DNA from: Octopus vulgaris | Lineage: Eukaryota | Assembly (NCBI GenBank): GCA_951406725.2 | Contig: OX597822.1 | Coordinates: forward strand, 70,432,001-70,496,000 | Length of the DNA: 64,000 nucleotides | Direction of reading: 5' to 3' | Part shown: piece by piece, positions 26,729 through 38,924 of the stretch | How positions within the stretch are numbered: the stretch's first letter is position 1 | How the letters are laid out: each line of letters opens with the position of its first letter | Program-made: the position numbers and the translations under genes | Notes under the pieces: generated by a model | What the model saw: the letters and a program-made list of their open reading frames with translations, nothing else | Databases searched by the model: none | Told to the model about the DNA's origin: nothing

Positions 26729-26912
26729 ATTTCTTTATTGCCGACAGGGGGCTAAACATAGAGAGGACAAGCAAGCACAGACAAAGGGATTAAGTCGATT
26801 GCATCGACCCCAGTGTGTAACTGGTACTTATTTAATCGACCCTGAAAAGAATGAAAGGCAAAGTCAACCTCGGCAGAATTTGAACTCAGAACGTAGCGGC
26901 AGACGAAATACT
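26729..26912 (-). mobile_element. SINE family B
   Basis: Homology to family B, with tail variant ...tagccccctgtcggcaataaagaaat. Confidence 0.85.
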
Positions 26913-27412
26913 GTCAGCAAAAACATACAGGGTTTGTTGTACATTAGGATCAGTGTACAGTAAACACTTAGCTAAGGCTAATTTATTTAATGTATGAATC
27001 TTTGCTAAAAACTGACCTGATTCAGTGCCCAGTGAGAGCATTTAATGTGATAAACTCTGGCTCCTTCAGTTCACTTTTTTAAAGAAAAGGAAAATAATTG
27101 CATTCTCTCATTGACTAGCTTTGAATCCAAACAGTTGCCAGATTGTGCATGGTACATTACAGAGGCCCATCTGATTACAGTAGTATCCAAGCTCACATGT
27201 AACTCCCATATTCACTAAATGATATTTCACACACACACACACACATCAATATATACACATAACATAGTGTACATATTTACATGCATATAAATAGACGAAT
27301 ATAATGCGTGTGTATGTTGTGCATGTGTGTTAACATACACACATAGGCACGTGGTTACTGCTCCCATACACACATATGTATATATATATATGTATGTGTT
27401 TGTGTGTGTATG

Positions 27413-27463
<51 letters not shown>

Positions 27464-28947
27464 CTATAAATATTAAGAGGGCAACGAGCATAAAAAGAAG
27501 ACAATACAGGAGGCGCAAGTTTTAACAAATGCTGCATTAAATGCTTATATGTGTGTGTGTGTGTGTATACACACACACACACATATATATATATAAATAC
27601 ATATCTATATATATATATATATATATATAAATACATATCTATATATATATATCTATATATACATACACATATGCACCATTGTTTTACCTCCTTTCTATTT
27701 TTTAAGTAATCACCTAAAAGCAATGTGCTTCTCTAAAGATTTCGGTTAAAAGACCAAAGATAAATCTCTTTTATTGACAAATCTCCTTCATGGGGGATTG
27801 ACCTATTTCTTGGAGTTTACAAATGCCCGTCTCTCTTTTCCCAGTCAGAACATTCCCAGTCTTAAACAGTTGAAGCCAGAAAATACTGTTTTATGTGTTT
27901 TTTTGTGTGTCTTTTTGTGGGTTAGAAATAATATTTTTTTTCTTAAAATTGATCCTTATATTGGTGCAATGCTACAAATTTGTAGGAGTGATGTATTTTT
28001 GATTAAGTTGTTCTACTCATATTATGAAACTTAAAGGCATGGCAAAGGAATATACTTATGTGATTGTAACTCAAAATTGAAGGAAATACTATAAGGTGTT
28101 CAATCGGTTGCTCAGCTGTTTTGTCTATTTGTTCCTCATTATGTATTTTTTCTTTCTAATTTTTGCACGAGGTCAAGAATTGTAGGGGAGGGGAGTAAAT
28201 TGATTATATTGACCCCACTGTCCCCTAACTGTTACTTATTTTATTAACAGTAAAAGGAAGAATGGCAAAGTTGGCCGCAGTGGAATTGGAACCCAGAATG
28301 CGATGAGTGAAAAGAAATACTGCAAAATGTATTTTCCGGTGTTCCAACATTTCTCCCAGCTCACTGCCTTTACATGTGTATTAGAAGCAATAATGTGTTT
28401 GTAATGGCTTAGGCTCTTAGAATCAGGAACAAAGATGTGTTGTAGTGTCACTCATGCATTGCCAATGCAATAAATAACTTGAGCTATTTGCAGTGCGCGA
28501 GGAATTCCAGGTCAGCATCTAGTGTTGCGGAGATGTAACTGCTATAAAACTTCTTTGAAATAGTAGAATTTTGCTGAAAATTTTGAATTTAAAAGCATGA
28601 TTTGATATATGTCAAAAGAAGACCTGGGTTACGGCTAAAATATTAAACCTCACACATTCACTCACCAGAAGAACACTTGTTAAAATCCTGTTTGAAGCTA
28701 GCGATTCGTTTATTCTCTGGGTAGCTGTTGTCATCAACTGCAGTTTTCCTTTTCTTTTATGTTTAGGAGAGTCGCAGATACGTTTCAAGAGGAGGCTGTT
28801 TCTAGCTTCCAACTCACTCACTCAGCTAACTAAACCACTCTGCTTCATTGCTATATTGTTACGCATGATTCCTCAGTGAAGCTTGTTAAAATGGATGTCA
28901 AAGAACGAGACTGTGATCATACATATACCCTGCTCTATATACTCATG

Positions 28948-28988
<41 letters not shown>

Positions 28989-29256
28989 AAACATGCATTC
29001 ACTCATAAATTTCTTTGTTTTATCTGTGCCTATGTAATGATGTACAGCTCTGTTGTATGAGTGTGTGTGTGTGTGCATAATCGTACATGCTTATATACAG
29101 TCAGTGTTCACTGTGTAATCTAGTTTTTGCAACAGATAAATAGAAAATAGATAAAGAATAGGTTTCCCTCGTGTTCAAAGTCATATACCAACAACTATTT
29201 TTACTCAAATGCACATGTGCATACATTGTATTCTCATCCATTCATGTACATTCTTA

Positions 29257-29301
29257 TGTATGTATGTAATGTATGTAATGTATGTATGTAATGTATGTAT
29301 G

Positions 29302-29332
<31 letters not shown>

Positions 29333-29420
29333 TGTACGTATTCTATGTGTGTGTGTAATGTATGTATGTATGTAATGTATGTATGTATGTAATGTATGTA
29401 TGTAATGTATGTATGTACAT
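29257..29420. repeat. (TATG)n/(TAATG) microsatellite
   Basis: Seen directly. Confidence 0.95.
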
Positions 29421-29870
29421 ATTCTGTGTGTGTGTGTATGTATATGGGAGGGGAGAGACAGAGAGGGTAAGAGTGAGCGTGTGTGTATCTATGTGATTCA
29501 CTCTGAGAAATAGATACATCTCTTTGATGTGTAAGGGATCATTATCTTCATGCTGGTCTTAACAATTTCAGGTAGCAATGAACAATGATTGGTTTAATAG
29601 GATGTTGCAGTTTACATTTGATTAAACAACAAGCAAAGAGAAGAAAATGTCTGGAATAAAAACTACCAGCTGAGATTGAACCTGTTCCGTTTCTCTTACA
29701 TTATATTTGTTACACCTGTTGATATGTCTTCAGGGTGAATCAACATTTCCAAACATATATCCCGATTCCTATGAGTTGGCAAATTCTTCATACTGGGTCA
29801 GCGCCGAATGGTATCTCATTATGTCAAAATACTTTCTGCAGGTGTGATTGTGGGTTTGAGTGCGTGTGTA

Positions 29871-29901
<31 letters not shown>

Positions 29902-30002
29902 ATAAATGTGCGTTTTTGTGTTACTTTGACTTAACATCGCGGAATAGTTGTAAATGAGTGTCACCGTCATACAAGCAGTGTCATTCATTTCGAATGTTCT
30001 GT

Positions 30003-30152
30003 AGGCACAGGGGTGGCTGTGTGGTAAGTAGCTTGCTTACCAGCCACATGGTTCCGGGTTCAGTCCCACTGTGTGGCACTTGTCTTCTACTATAGCCTCG
30101 GGCCGACCAAAACCTTGTGAGTGGATTTGGTGGACAGAAACTGAAGAAGCCT

Positions 30153-30191
<39 letters not shown>

Positions 30192-30412
30192 GTGTGTGTG
30201 TGTTTTTTTGTCTGTCTGTGTTTGTCCCCCCAACATCGCTTGACAACTGATGCTGGTGTGTTTACGTCCCCGTAACTTAGCGGTTTGGCAAAAGAAACTG
30301 ATAGAATAAGTACTAAGCTTACAAAGAATAAGTCCTGAGGCTGGTTTGTTCGACTAAAAGCGGTGCTCCAGCATGGCTGCAGTCAAATGACTGAAAGAAG
30401 TAAAAGAGTAAA
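30003..30412 (+). mobile_element. SINE family A with internal (TA)n(TG)n
   Basis: Full-length copy. Confidence 0.9.
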
Positions 30413-31090
30413 TGAGAAAGTGTTGATTAGGGCTGTGGTGGTGGTGGGAGTGAAATATTACTGTTTTTGGAAACAAAAAGGGCATTGAGCTGTAGAAAAC
30501 CCGCCTCAGTAAACTCTGTCCAACCCATGCAAGCATGGAAAAGCGGAGGTTAAAATGATGTTGATGATGATGATTGATCTTTGATATTTTATCTTGATAC
30601 CACCTTGTCTTTTACTTGGCCTTTTAGTTTGATCTCACCTTATTTAATGAGGTATCAACGTATTGAAGTTTATTTCATGCTTTGTCTTCTACAGGCCCAG
30701 CTACCTCCTCCTTGCTTTGTTAAATAGTTTAGCTCTTTGTTATATTACAAGTTGTAAAATAATATTCCTAACTGTTAGGGTTAAGATTATCTGAAAACCT
30801 TCTTTGTAAAGTTCTTTTTTACTGGAAAAACTAATTTAAATTCAAAAGTGAAAACGGTTTTGTCTCTTTAAGAAAAAGAAAAAAAAATCAATCAAAAGTA
30901 TTATCTATGCCATTTGTTTGTAACACTCCCTGTTGTGAACTGTGGATGTTACAAATGGCCTGCGAGCAATATCACAGATGCATACAAACCGAAAAAAAGA
31001 ACCTCCTTTTCTAATTGGTCACTGATCATTGCATTATGATGTCCATGTGTAGTTAGTTGTAGTCTTCCTCCGTATCTTTGTATCTTGTAG

Positions 31091-31099
31091 TGGCCAGTG
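31091..31099 (+). CDS. Candidate 9-nt microexon TGGCCAGTG
   Basis: tcttcctccgtatctttgtatcttgtAG|TGGCCAGTG|GTAAGG, followed by TGCATG at 31106, 31117 and 31268; in frame (phase 1) with the exon at 32703. Confidence 0.6.
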
Positions 31100-31105
31100 G
31101 TAAGG

Positions 31106-31122
31106 TGCATGACTGGTGCATG
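31106..31122 (+). promoter_or_regulatory. Paired Rbfox-type UGCAUG intronic splicing enhancers
   Basis: TGCATG at 31106-31111 and 31117-31122, just downstream of the donor, the position known to promote exon inclusion. Confidence 0.55.
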
Positions 31123-31362
31123 TCAACATTTCTGATGTATTTCTGTTTGTGACCCATTGCTTCACCTCAGCTTCTTTTGAATTTCTTTGAAGGAATTTTG
31201 TTTTTTCTTTGCTTAACAAAAAAAAAAAAAAAAAAAAAAAATTCAAACCCACTCACGCAACTCTGTCTGCATGGTAAAATAAACAGAAAAATTATTGAAT
31301 GATGTTGATGCTTTTATTTTAATTTTTAAACTTTTACCTTTTTAATAATAATAATAATAATA

Positions 31363-31401
<39 letters not shown>

Positions 31402-32255
31402 GGGTGGGGAGTGTCTTGAATACCTTTCAACCTCCATAAAATATATTTTCTGAATCGCAGCCTCTGTATTTTTCTTTTTGTCTTTTTTTCCTTTTTTTTT
31501 TTAAGTTTAACTTTGTTGTATTCTTTTTTTTGTTATTGTAGTTCAAAACAAGTCATTATTATTATTTTTGTTGCTCAAAAAGAAATTATTGTTATTAGTA
31601 TTATTGTTGATGTTGTTATTATCTGTATCATTGTTAGCATTGTGTGTGTATATGTGTGTGTGTGTATATATATATATATATAGCATTTAAATCTTGTGAA
31701 CTAATAAATCTGAATTTGATATTTCTACTAAAAATAGGTGACATGAATTATTTATTGCATGTTTGAAACGCTTTCCTGGCAGCTGCTCAACTAGAATATT
31801 GTCTTAGTAACGTTTGAGAGACACTGAGAGAGAACTAGCGAGGAAGCAAGAGTAATTGTCTATAGTAAATAGAGGGGAATTTCCAGAGCCATAATGTTAG
31901 TTTTGTTGTATGTTCCCCGCAATCTCTTTGTAGTTTCATATCTAAGACAGCTACCATGACAGTTATTAGATCTCCGCTCTCCTGCTGCACACATCTGACA
32001 CTCCACCCCTCCAGTTCTATCTCAACCGATGGCCATGTTGTCTTTTGTTCTTCACTATTGCTGTAGATCCATTTAACTCCATCAGTATTCCAATTTAGCT
32101 AACAATTTTCTTGTTGTAATTAAATTTTGGGAAATGTTATAAAAATAGAGAAAACTTTGCTTAGGATAGAAAAGAAAAATTGGAAAAGTTAAGATATGTT
32201 CTGACCAGAATTTATTGCCTCACAGTTCAAACTTTGTATATCCTTGTTGCTCTCA

Positions 32256-32271
32256 TATATGTATATGTACG

Positions 32272-32318
<47 letters not shown>

Positions 32319-32319
32319 G

Positions 32320-32356
<37 letters not shown>

Positions 32357-32573
32357 ATATATATATATTGTATATATATATATATGGGTATATATATATG
32401 GGTATATATATATATAGGTATATATATATGTGTGTGTATATATATATGGTATATATATATATATATGGGTGTGTGTATATATATATATGGGTATATATAT
32501 ATATATGTGTGTGTGTGTATATATATGTGTGTATATATGTATATATATATATATATATATGTGTATATATAGG

Positions 32574-32606
<33 letters not shown>
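32256..32606. repeat. Compound (TA)n/(TG)n microsatellite
   Basis: Seen directly. Confidence 0.95.
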
Positions 32607-32608
<2 letters not shown>

Positions 32609-32702
32609 TTGTATGTACGTATGTATTAATAACTATATATGACTTCATGAAGGCTTCTAAATGTGTTGATGTTCATTTGTTTTTTTTTTTTTGTCTTTGC
32701 AG

Positions 32703-32827
32703 ACGCATTATCTTCTGACCTGCCAGGTGTGAAAAACGTTGCACATCCCTCTGAAAATAATTGCCGAGATAAAGAACGCGAGAGAAATGATAATGAGGAA
32801 AATACACTGGTGAACCGGCGGGTAAAG
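32703..32827 (+). CDS. Coding exon of an unidentified protein: (x)ALSSDLPGVKNVAHPSENNCRDKERERNDNEENTLVNRR(VK)
   Basis: Poly-T tract plus gtctttgcAG acceptor; purine-rich open frame (phase 1 in, phase 0 out); tandem donors cgg|GTAAAG (32822) and aag|GTAAAG (32828). Confidence 0.65.
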
Positions 32828-32957
32828 GTAAAGAAATCTTGCAAATTCTCATTTCATTATTGTCACTGTCTTGTCTTTGCTGCTCATCGCCATTTCTTTC
32901 TTCTGTTTGAAACATATAATAGTTTTGACATTTTCTCTCTCTCTCTCTCTCTCTCTC

Positions 32958-33698
32958 TTTTCTGGTTTTTTTTTCTTTTCTTTCTCAAGTATTGTCTCTT
33001 GTGTGTGCAGGTATACTCAATTTTTCTAGAGAGTTCTCTGTAAATCTTACAAGTTTATTGGGTTGGGAATTTGTAATTCTCTTCAGAATTAATGAGACTG
33101 ATAGATACGTTCTATTAATCTAATAAGCAAAACAACACACCCACCCCACCCATAATCATACAGCTACACCCCCTCCGCACACACACACACATACGCTGTC
33201 TTTTGTTGCTGTATGGTTTCCCAGTTCATCACAAACTACTTGTAGGTGATATTTCAGGTGTATATTTATAACTTATCTGAATATAGTTTGTTGAGACGCC
33301 ACTGGCTTCAAACTGAATTCACTTTGAATGTAAAGTGTGTTTTGCTTTTCTTCCGCAAGGTTTCTGATAATGTTTAACACATGCATTCACCATATACAAG
33401 CACAGCCGTGCCTGTGCGCTCTCTCTCTTTCTTTCTCTCTCTCTCTCTCTCTCACTCTCTCTCTCTCTCTCTCTCTCTCTTTTCTGGGTTTTTTTTTCTT
33501 TTCTTTCTCAAGTATTGTCTCTTGTGTGTGCAGGTATACTCAATTTTTCTAGAGAGTTCTCTGTAAATCTTACAAGTTTATTGGGTTGGGAATTTGTAAT
33601 TCTCTTCAGAATTAATGAGACTGATAGATACGTTCTATTAATCTAATAAGCAAAACAACACACCCACCCCACCCACAATCATACAGCTACACCCCCTC

Positions 33699-33735
<37 letters not shown>

Positions 33736-33961
33736 GCTGTCTTTTGTTGCTCTATGGTTTCCCAGTTCATCACAAACTACTTGTAGGTGATATTTCAGGT
33801 GTATATTTATAACTTATCTGAATATAGTTTGTTGAGACGCCACTGGCTTCAAACTGAATTCACTTTGAATGTAAAGTGTGTTTTGCTTTTCTTCCGCAAG
33901 GTTTCTGATAATGTTTAACACATGCATTCACCATATACAAGCACAGCCGTGCCTGTGCGCT
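32958..33961. repeat. Tandem duplication of ~0.5 kb (32958-33420 and 33481-33961)
   Basis: Near-identical copies separated and bounded by (CT)n; they differ by a few substitutions and (CA)n length. Confidence 0.9.
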
Positions 33962-35498
33962 CTCTCACACACACACACGCTCTTTCTCTATCTCTCTCTC
34001 CCTATCTCTCTGTCTCTGTCTCTCTGTCTCTCTCTCTCTCTGTCTCTCTCTCTCTCTCTAATTACTGTTTTAAATACCTTTTCACAAGCATGCATGTACA
34101 GTATATTTGTGTATATGTGTGTGTATTCAATCAAAGGATGAGAGTATATACATAAGACTATGTGTGTGTGTGTGTATGTGTGCCTTAATTGGCTGTAAAT
34201 TTACACAAGTGCAATGCACAACACTCTCATCTTTTGATTAAAAATATGCATAGCACAGAGTGAGAGAGAGATAGAGAGAGAGTATTGCGCTTTGTTGCAT
34301 TCTTCTAATCTGGTATTCAGCAAATAGCTGGGTGGCAACAAAATACATGGCTGACTTCAATGGTGCTATGCTTTATTGACAAACACAAAAGAGAATTAGG
34401 CAGAAATACTCACTGTAAAATGGGACTAGGATCATTTTCCTTCTTTATAAAAAATTACCAATTTATTCCTCTCGATCACATTTAATGCTGCTCTGCTTAC
34501 AATTTATATAACTTTTCTGTGTATGTGTATACGTATATGTATCTCTGACTTTTACCCGATGGCTATGAGAATGTTTACTCTCGGCTCAGTACTCCTGAAA
34601 TATTAATTTTCAATATAAATGTTTCCATCGAGATATCGACAATGTAGGAATTAATTTCTTTGCTTTTATACATTTATATATATTTTTCTTCTTCTCTTTG
34701 AGTGATTTCTGCCAAAGTAATTTTGAAACCTTTCAAGAGAAATGTTTTTTTTTTATTTAAAAAATAAAAGAAAAAAAACAAGCAAAAATGAAGAAAAGAT
34801 TAATTGGAAACCATGCTCCTTTTATTTAATGATAAGTATCATTTATTTTCTGCTGCTTTATTAACAGCTATTGGGATTTAGTGAGGAGGGGCATGGAAAG
34901 TATAAACGGACTGGTTTTTTTGCAGTATCTAATGGAGTTGGCCTTTATAAATTGGAGTGGTTCTTTACAATGGCTAAACTTAAGTAGAATGATCAACACC
35001 TTAGGGCTCTTTCAAGATCTTTGTAATATTGTGTGATGGGACATGACACAAGAAAGCTACCAATTAGAAGCAGAGGTGTGAAGATGTTTAGATTTATTCC
35101 CTGACTTGAGAACTGATCTCAATGCGGCAGGATGGTGGGTTCCACTAAAAGCATTGAAGGATCAAGTGGTGTGAAACTGAGCAAGGGATTAACTCCATCA
35201 CTTAGCACAAGGACATGTACAGCTCTTTGGAGCATCTGCATAGCTTCTCTCTTTGCAATTTCACTCACAAGGCTTAAGTGGTACCAAGGTTATGTTGGGA
35301 AACACTTGGCCCAAATTGCCCTTTGTGGCACTTAAAATGGTGGAGTAAAATTCTTAACCATCTGACCATATAATGGGAGTTGCAGCAGCAGCGGCACAGA
35401 TGTGCCTCTGAATGCTGTTTCTTTGAAATGGTTTGTGCCATTCCAGGCAAAGACATCCGTTAGCTTTGTTTGTGGTCTTCCATTCATTACAATTTGTT

Positions 35499-35720
35499 TT
35501 ATTTGTTGTCATGGCAGCATTCCTTGCCAATTCCGACACCTCAGCCAAATATTCTGTTACAGTGGCAAGGTAAGCTGGGGTTTTAGCGCCAATATTTTTG
35601 CCATTGTTTAACTTACAGAGAAGATGATGGATGTGGCCAATTATAGGATTATAGACAAGCAAGAGATAAGCAAGTCCTGCTCTTAAGTTTTGCTTTACTT
35701 CCTTTGCCATGTCCAGACAT
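35499..35720 (-). pseudogene. H2A: Decayed, 3'-truncated histone H2A pseudogene
   Basis: MSGHGKGSKAKLKSRTCLSLACL* / PIIGHIHHLLCKLNNGKNIGAKTPAYLATVTEYLAEVSELARNA / HDNK* aligns to H2A [62 protein letters not shown], with stops and frameshifts. Confidence 0.9.
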
Positions 35721-35769
35721 TATAAAAGTTTGTTGTAGCTATGTAGCACAGCAGCAAAATATTTAAGCA

Positions 35770-36150
35770 GCAAGCTGGCAGAATTGTCAGCCTATTAGAC
35801 AGAATGCTTAGCAACATTCCTTTTGGCTCTTTAATGTCCTGAGTTCAAATTCAGCAGAAGTCAGCTTTGCCTTTCGTTCTTTTAAGGTTGATGTACCAGT
35901 TGAGCACTGGTGTTGATTTAATCAACTGACTTCTTTCCTTCATGCCAAAATTTGAAGCCATTATAAAGTTGCAAACTGGTGAAATCATTAGCATGTTGGA
36001 GAAGATGATTAGTGGCATTAATTCTAGCATTTTCTTCATTCTGAGTTCAAATTCCACTGAGATCAACTTTGCCTTTCATCCTTTTGAGGTCGATGTAATT
36101 GGCTAACCTCCTCCTAAAATTGATAGTTTTGTGCCAAAATTTGAAACAAT
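35770..36150 (+). mobile_element. Two diverged SINE family B copies in tandem
   Basis: agctggcagaatt...ctgagttcaaattc...ctttgccttt occurs twice. Confidence 0.75.
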
Positions 36151-38710
36151 TAATTACAGTTTGTGTCATTTTGGTTAAAAAAAAATAAATGCATCTTTCA
36201 TTATTGGGCTTTAAAAAAATTTTCATTTTATTTGTTTCTTCTGGATTATGAAAAAAGACATTTGCAAAGGAGAGGTGTCAGCCATCTGAAATGAATAAGG
36301 AAGGAGGGGGTTGAGTGAAAGAGAGTTAACAGTGCAAAGAGTAATAATAGCGATGGGTCAGGACGTGTAGTATTGTGGGAGGTTTGAATATATAAGTCTG
36401 AGAAGGCTGGAATTGGGGGTTGTTGGTATAAGACAGAAGTGGATCGGGAGAATACAGTGATGAGAATGGTTGGTATTGGAATGAAGGTGGGGGAATGGGC
36501 TGGATCAGAGAAGGCTGATATGAGGAGCAGTGTGATAAAAGTGATAAAGTGGGGGCAGATCAGGAGGGCTATCCAAATAACCAGGTGTTGGTGGTGGTGG
36601 GAACAGAGAAAGTTGTGTTAATGGTGGAGTTGGTGGGGGATATGGGTGATAAAGTGGGTTTAGATCATGCAGGCTATGATGAAAGGGAATGATGTTTTGC
36701 CAGTTAAATTGCTTTTTCAGTCTTGAAGAATGTGAAGCTGATGGAATGGGTCTCCACCAGATTCCCTTCATTGGTTGACCTGCAAAAGACAGCAGGCCTA
36801 CTGCACTGTAAAGATAGCATTTGGCAAAAGGAAAAGAACGGCAACCAAATGTTATTAAGTCCTTTCAAGTTGTATATTAGTTGCTTAGTGCTCTGATCTC
36901 CGACTGACTATTGATCTGGGCTTCCAATCAGCAGACACCATCTTTGTTGTAATCTTGCTCAAATTCATTGCCAGTAGTTTTGTACTCTGGGGACTATTCT
37001 CTCCCTCCCCTACATGTGTGCATACGCATCCTTGCATACAGGAACACACAAACGCATGTGCAGTCATTACATTCACCATACACTAGCGTACATTCACCTT
37101 CTCTCTCTCTCTCTCTCACACACACAGACACACATACGTTCTTGTTATACACAGACAAATCAGCTGTATTTCAATGCGTACACATACATAAAAACATGTG
37201 AACACCACACCAGTGCATGTAGTCGTTGATGCGAAAACAAACGTACTGTCTTTAATAAGAAAGCACTCTCATGCAAATACACACACACACATGCATGCAT
37301 ACATGTGTATGCACACGATCACCTGTCCATGCTCACACAGAGCCCGTTGCATGCATTGCTCACAACTGAAATGCACGTGACGTCATATACTTACCTACAC
37401 TCACACACATATATATCTATACGCAGGCACACATTTTTCTTGAGATTCCTTAATTATGACTGAATCATGTAATTTAGTGGTGATTCCTAAACAAAGCCAG
37501 AAGTGGATTTATCTTGTCAATCAATGGTACACATCCACCATACACATCAGAGGAATGTTACAACACACCCCATACCCTCTGTTAGTCCTTCAGGAGATAG
37601 GGGTCTGATGTGCCGTGTGATGGTATGTGCTGATAGTTTGTTTCTTTGTCTCCTATCTTGCTGTTTCATGCTAGAGATCACAGTAAGGAATTTCAAACCA
37701 TGCTTCAAAGAAAAGGAGAGTGGAATATAAAGGAACTGGCAGAGATGAGGAGGAAGATCACAGCAGGAGGAAAGATACTAAGAATCCCCTTTCTAAACTG
37801 ACTGTGGTGTCTGCAAGTCCAGAGTACTTGCTTCTGCACATAAACATTTTCTGCTTAAAAAAAAAAAAAAATTTTTTTTGGATTTTTTTTTTTAATCTAA
37901 TCTTAGATTTACAAAAATTATTATTTCCATTTTTCCTTTTGAAATTTATTTAATATTTTTGAAGAAATGAAATTAATTAAAATTCATTATAAGATGTTTA
38001 GATGTGAATATATTGCAGCATTAATTTTACAAAAATCTTGCTGAAATTGCTAATTGTTATCTTCTGTTCATTTATTGTTAGTTTTTTGTTTTTCTTCTTT
38101 AATCTAAACTGCGATGACTTCCCATCCATTTCTATTCAGGCCTTATTCTCTTCGTGTTGTTGATAACCTTTGTATGATCCATTCCACCACATCTTTGTAT
38201 TCTTTTTTTAGCATTAATTTAATTTTGTAGTAGGATCTTATCATCATCATATATATTATATTATATTGAATGTATGTGTGAGTGTGTATGTGTGTGCATG
38301 TATATTATATTAATATATGTGTGTGTCTATAAAGCGCCCATACTGGGGTCATGTATAAAACACCAGTGCTGGTGCCACATACTAGGCAACCAATACGCTA
38401 TAAAGTGGTTGGCATTAGGAAGGGCATCCAGCCATAGAAACTATACCAAAGCAGATAACTAGAACCTGGTGTAGCTCTCTGATTTGCCAACTCCTGTCAA
38501 ACCATCCAACACATGCTGGCATGGAGAACAGCCTTTCAATGATGATGAGGATTGAATGACCAACTTGCTGACCTCTTATACCCAGTTCACTCATGCTGAC
38601 ATCCCACCTTCCATTGTCTAATCCATACCAGTGTTAGACGTGGGCATTAAATTATAAATGATTATTAATATATATATATGTATATATATATATATGTATG
38701 TATATATGTT

Positions 38711-38757
<47 letters not shown>

Positions 38758-38759
<2 letters not shown>

Positions 38760-38920
38760 TCTGAGTTCAAATTCTGTTGAGGTCGACTTTGCCTTTCATC
38801 CTTTCGGGGTCGATAAATTAAGTACCAGTTACGCACTGGGGTCGATGTAATCGACTTAATCCGTTTGTCTGTCCTTGTTTGTCCCCTCTATGTTTAGCCC
38901 CTTGTGGGTAATAAAGAAAC
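38758..38920 (+). mobile_element. SINE family B lacking its 5' head
   Basis: Starts at attctgagttcaaattc directly after (TA)n; ends gggtaataaagaaa. Confidence 0.85.
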
Positions 38921-38924
38921 ATAT

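Noticed and set aside
32810-32833. RRVK similarity to the PP4R3/SMEK N-terminus or the Kv2 T1 domain start
   Set aside because: Only a 4-5 residue match, and no downstream exon in the window supports either assignment.
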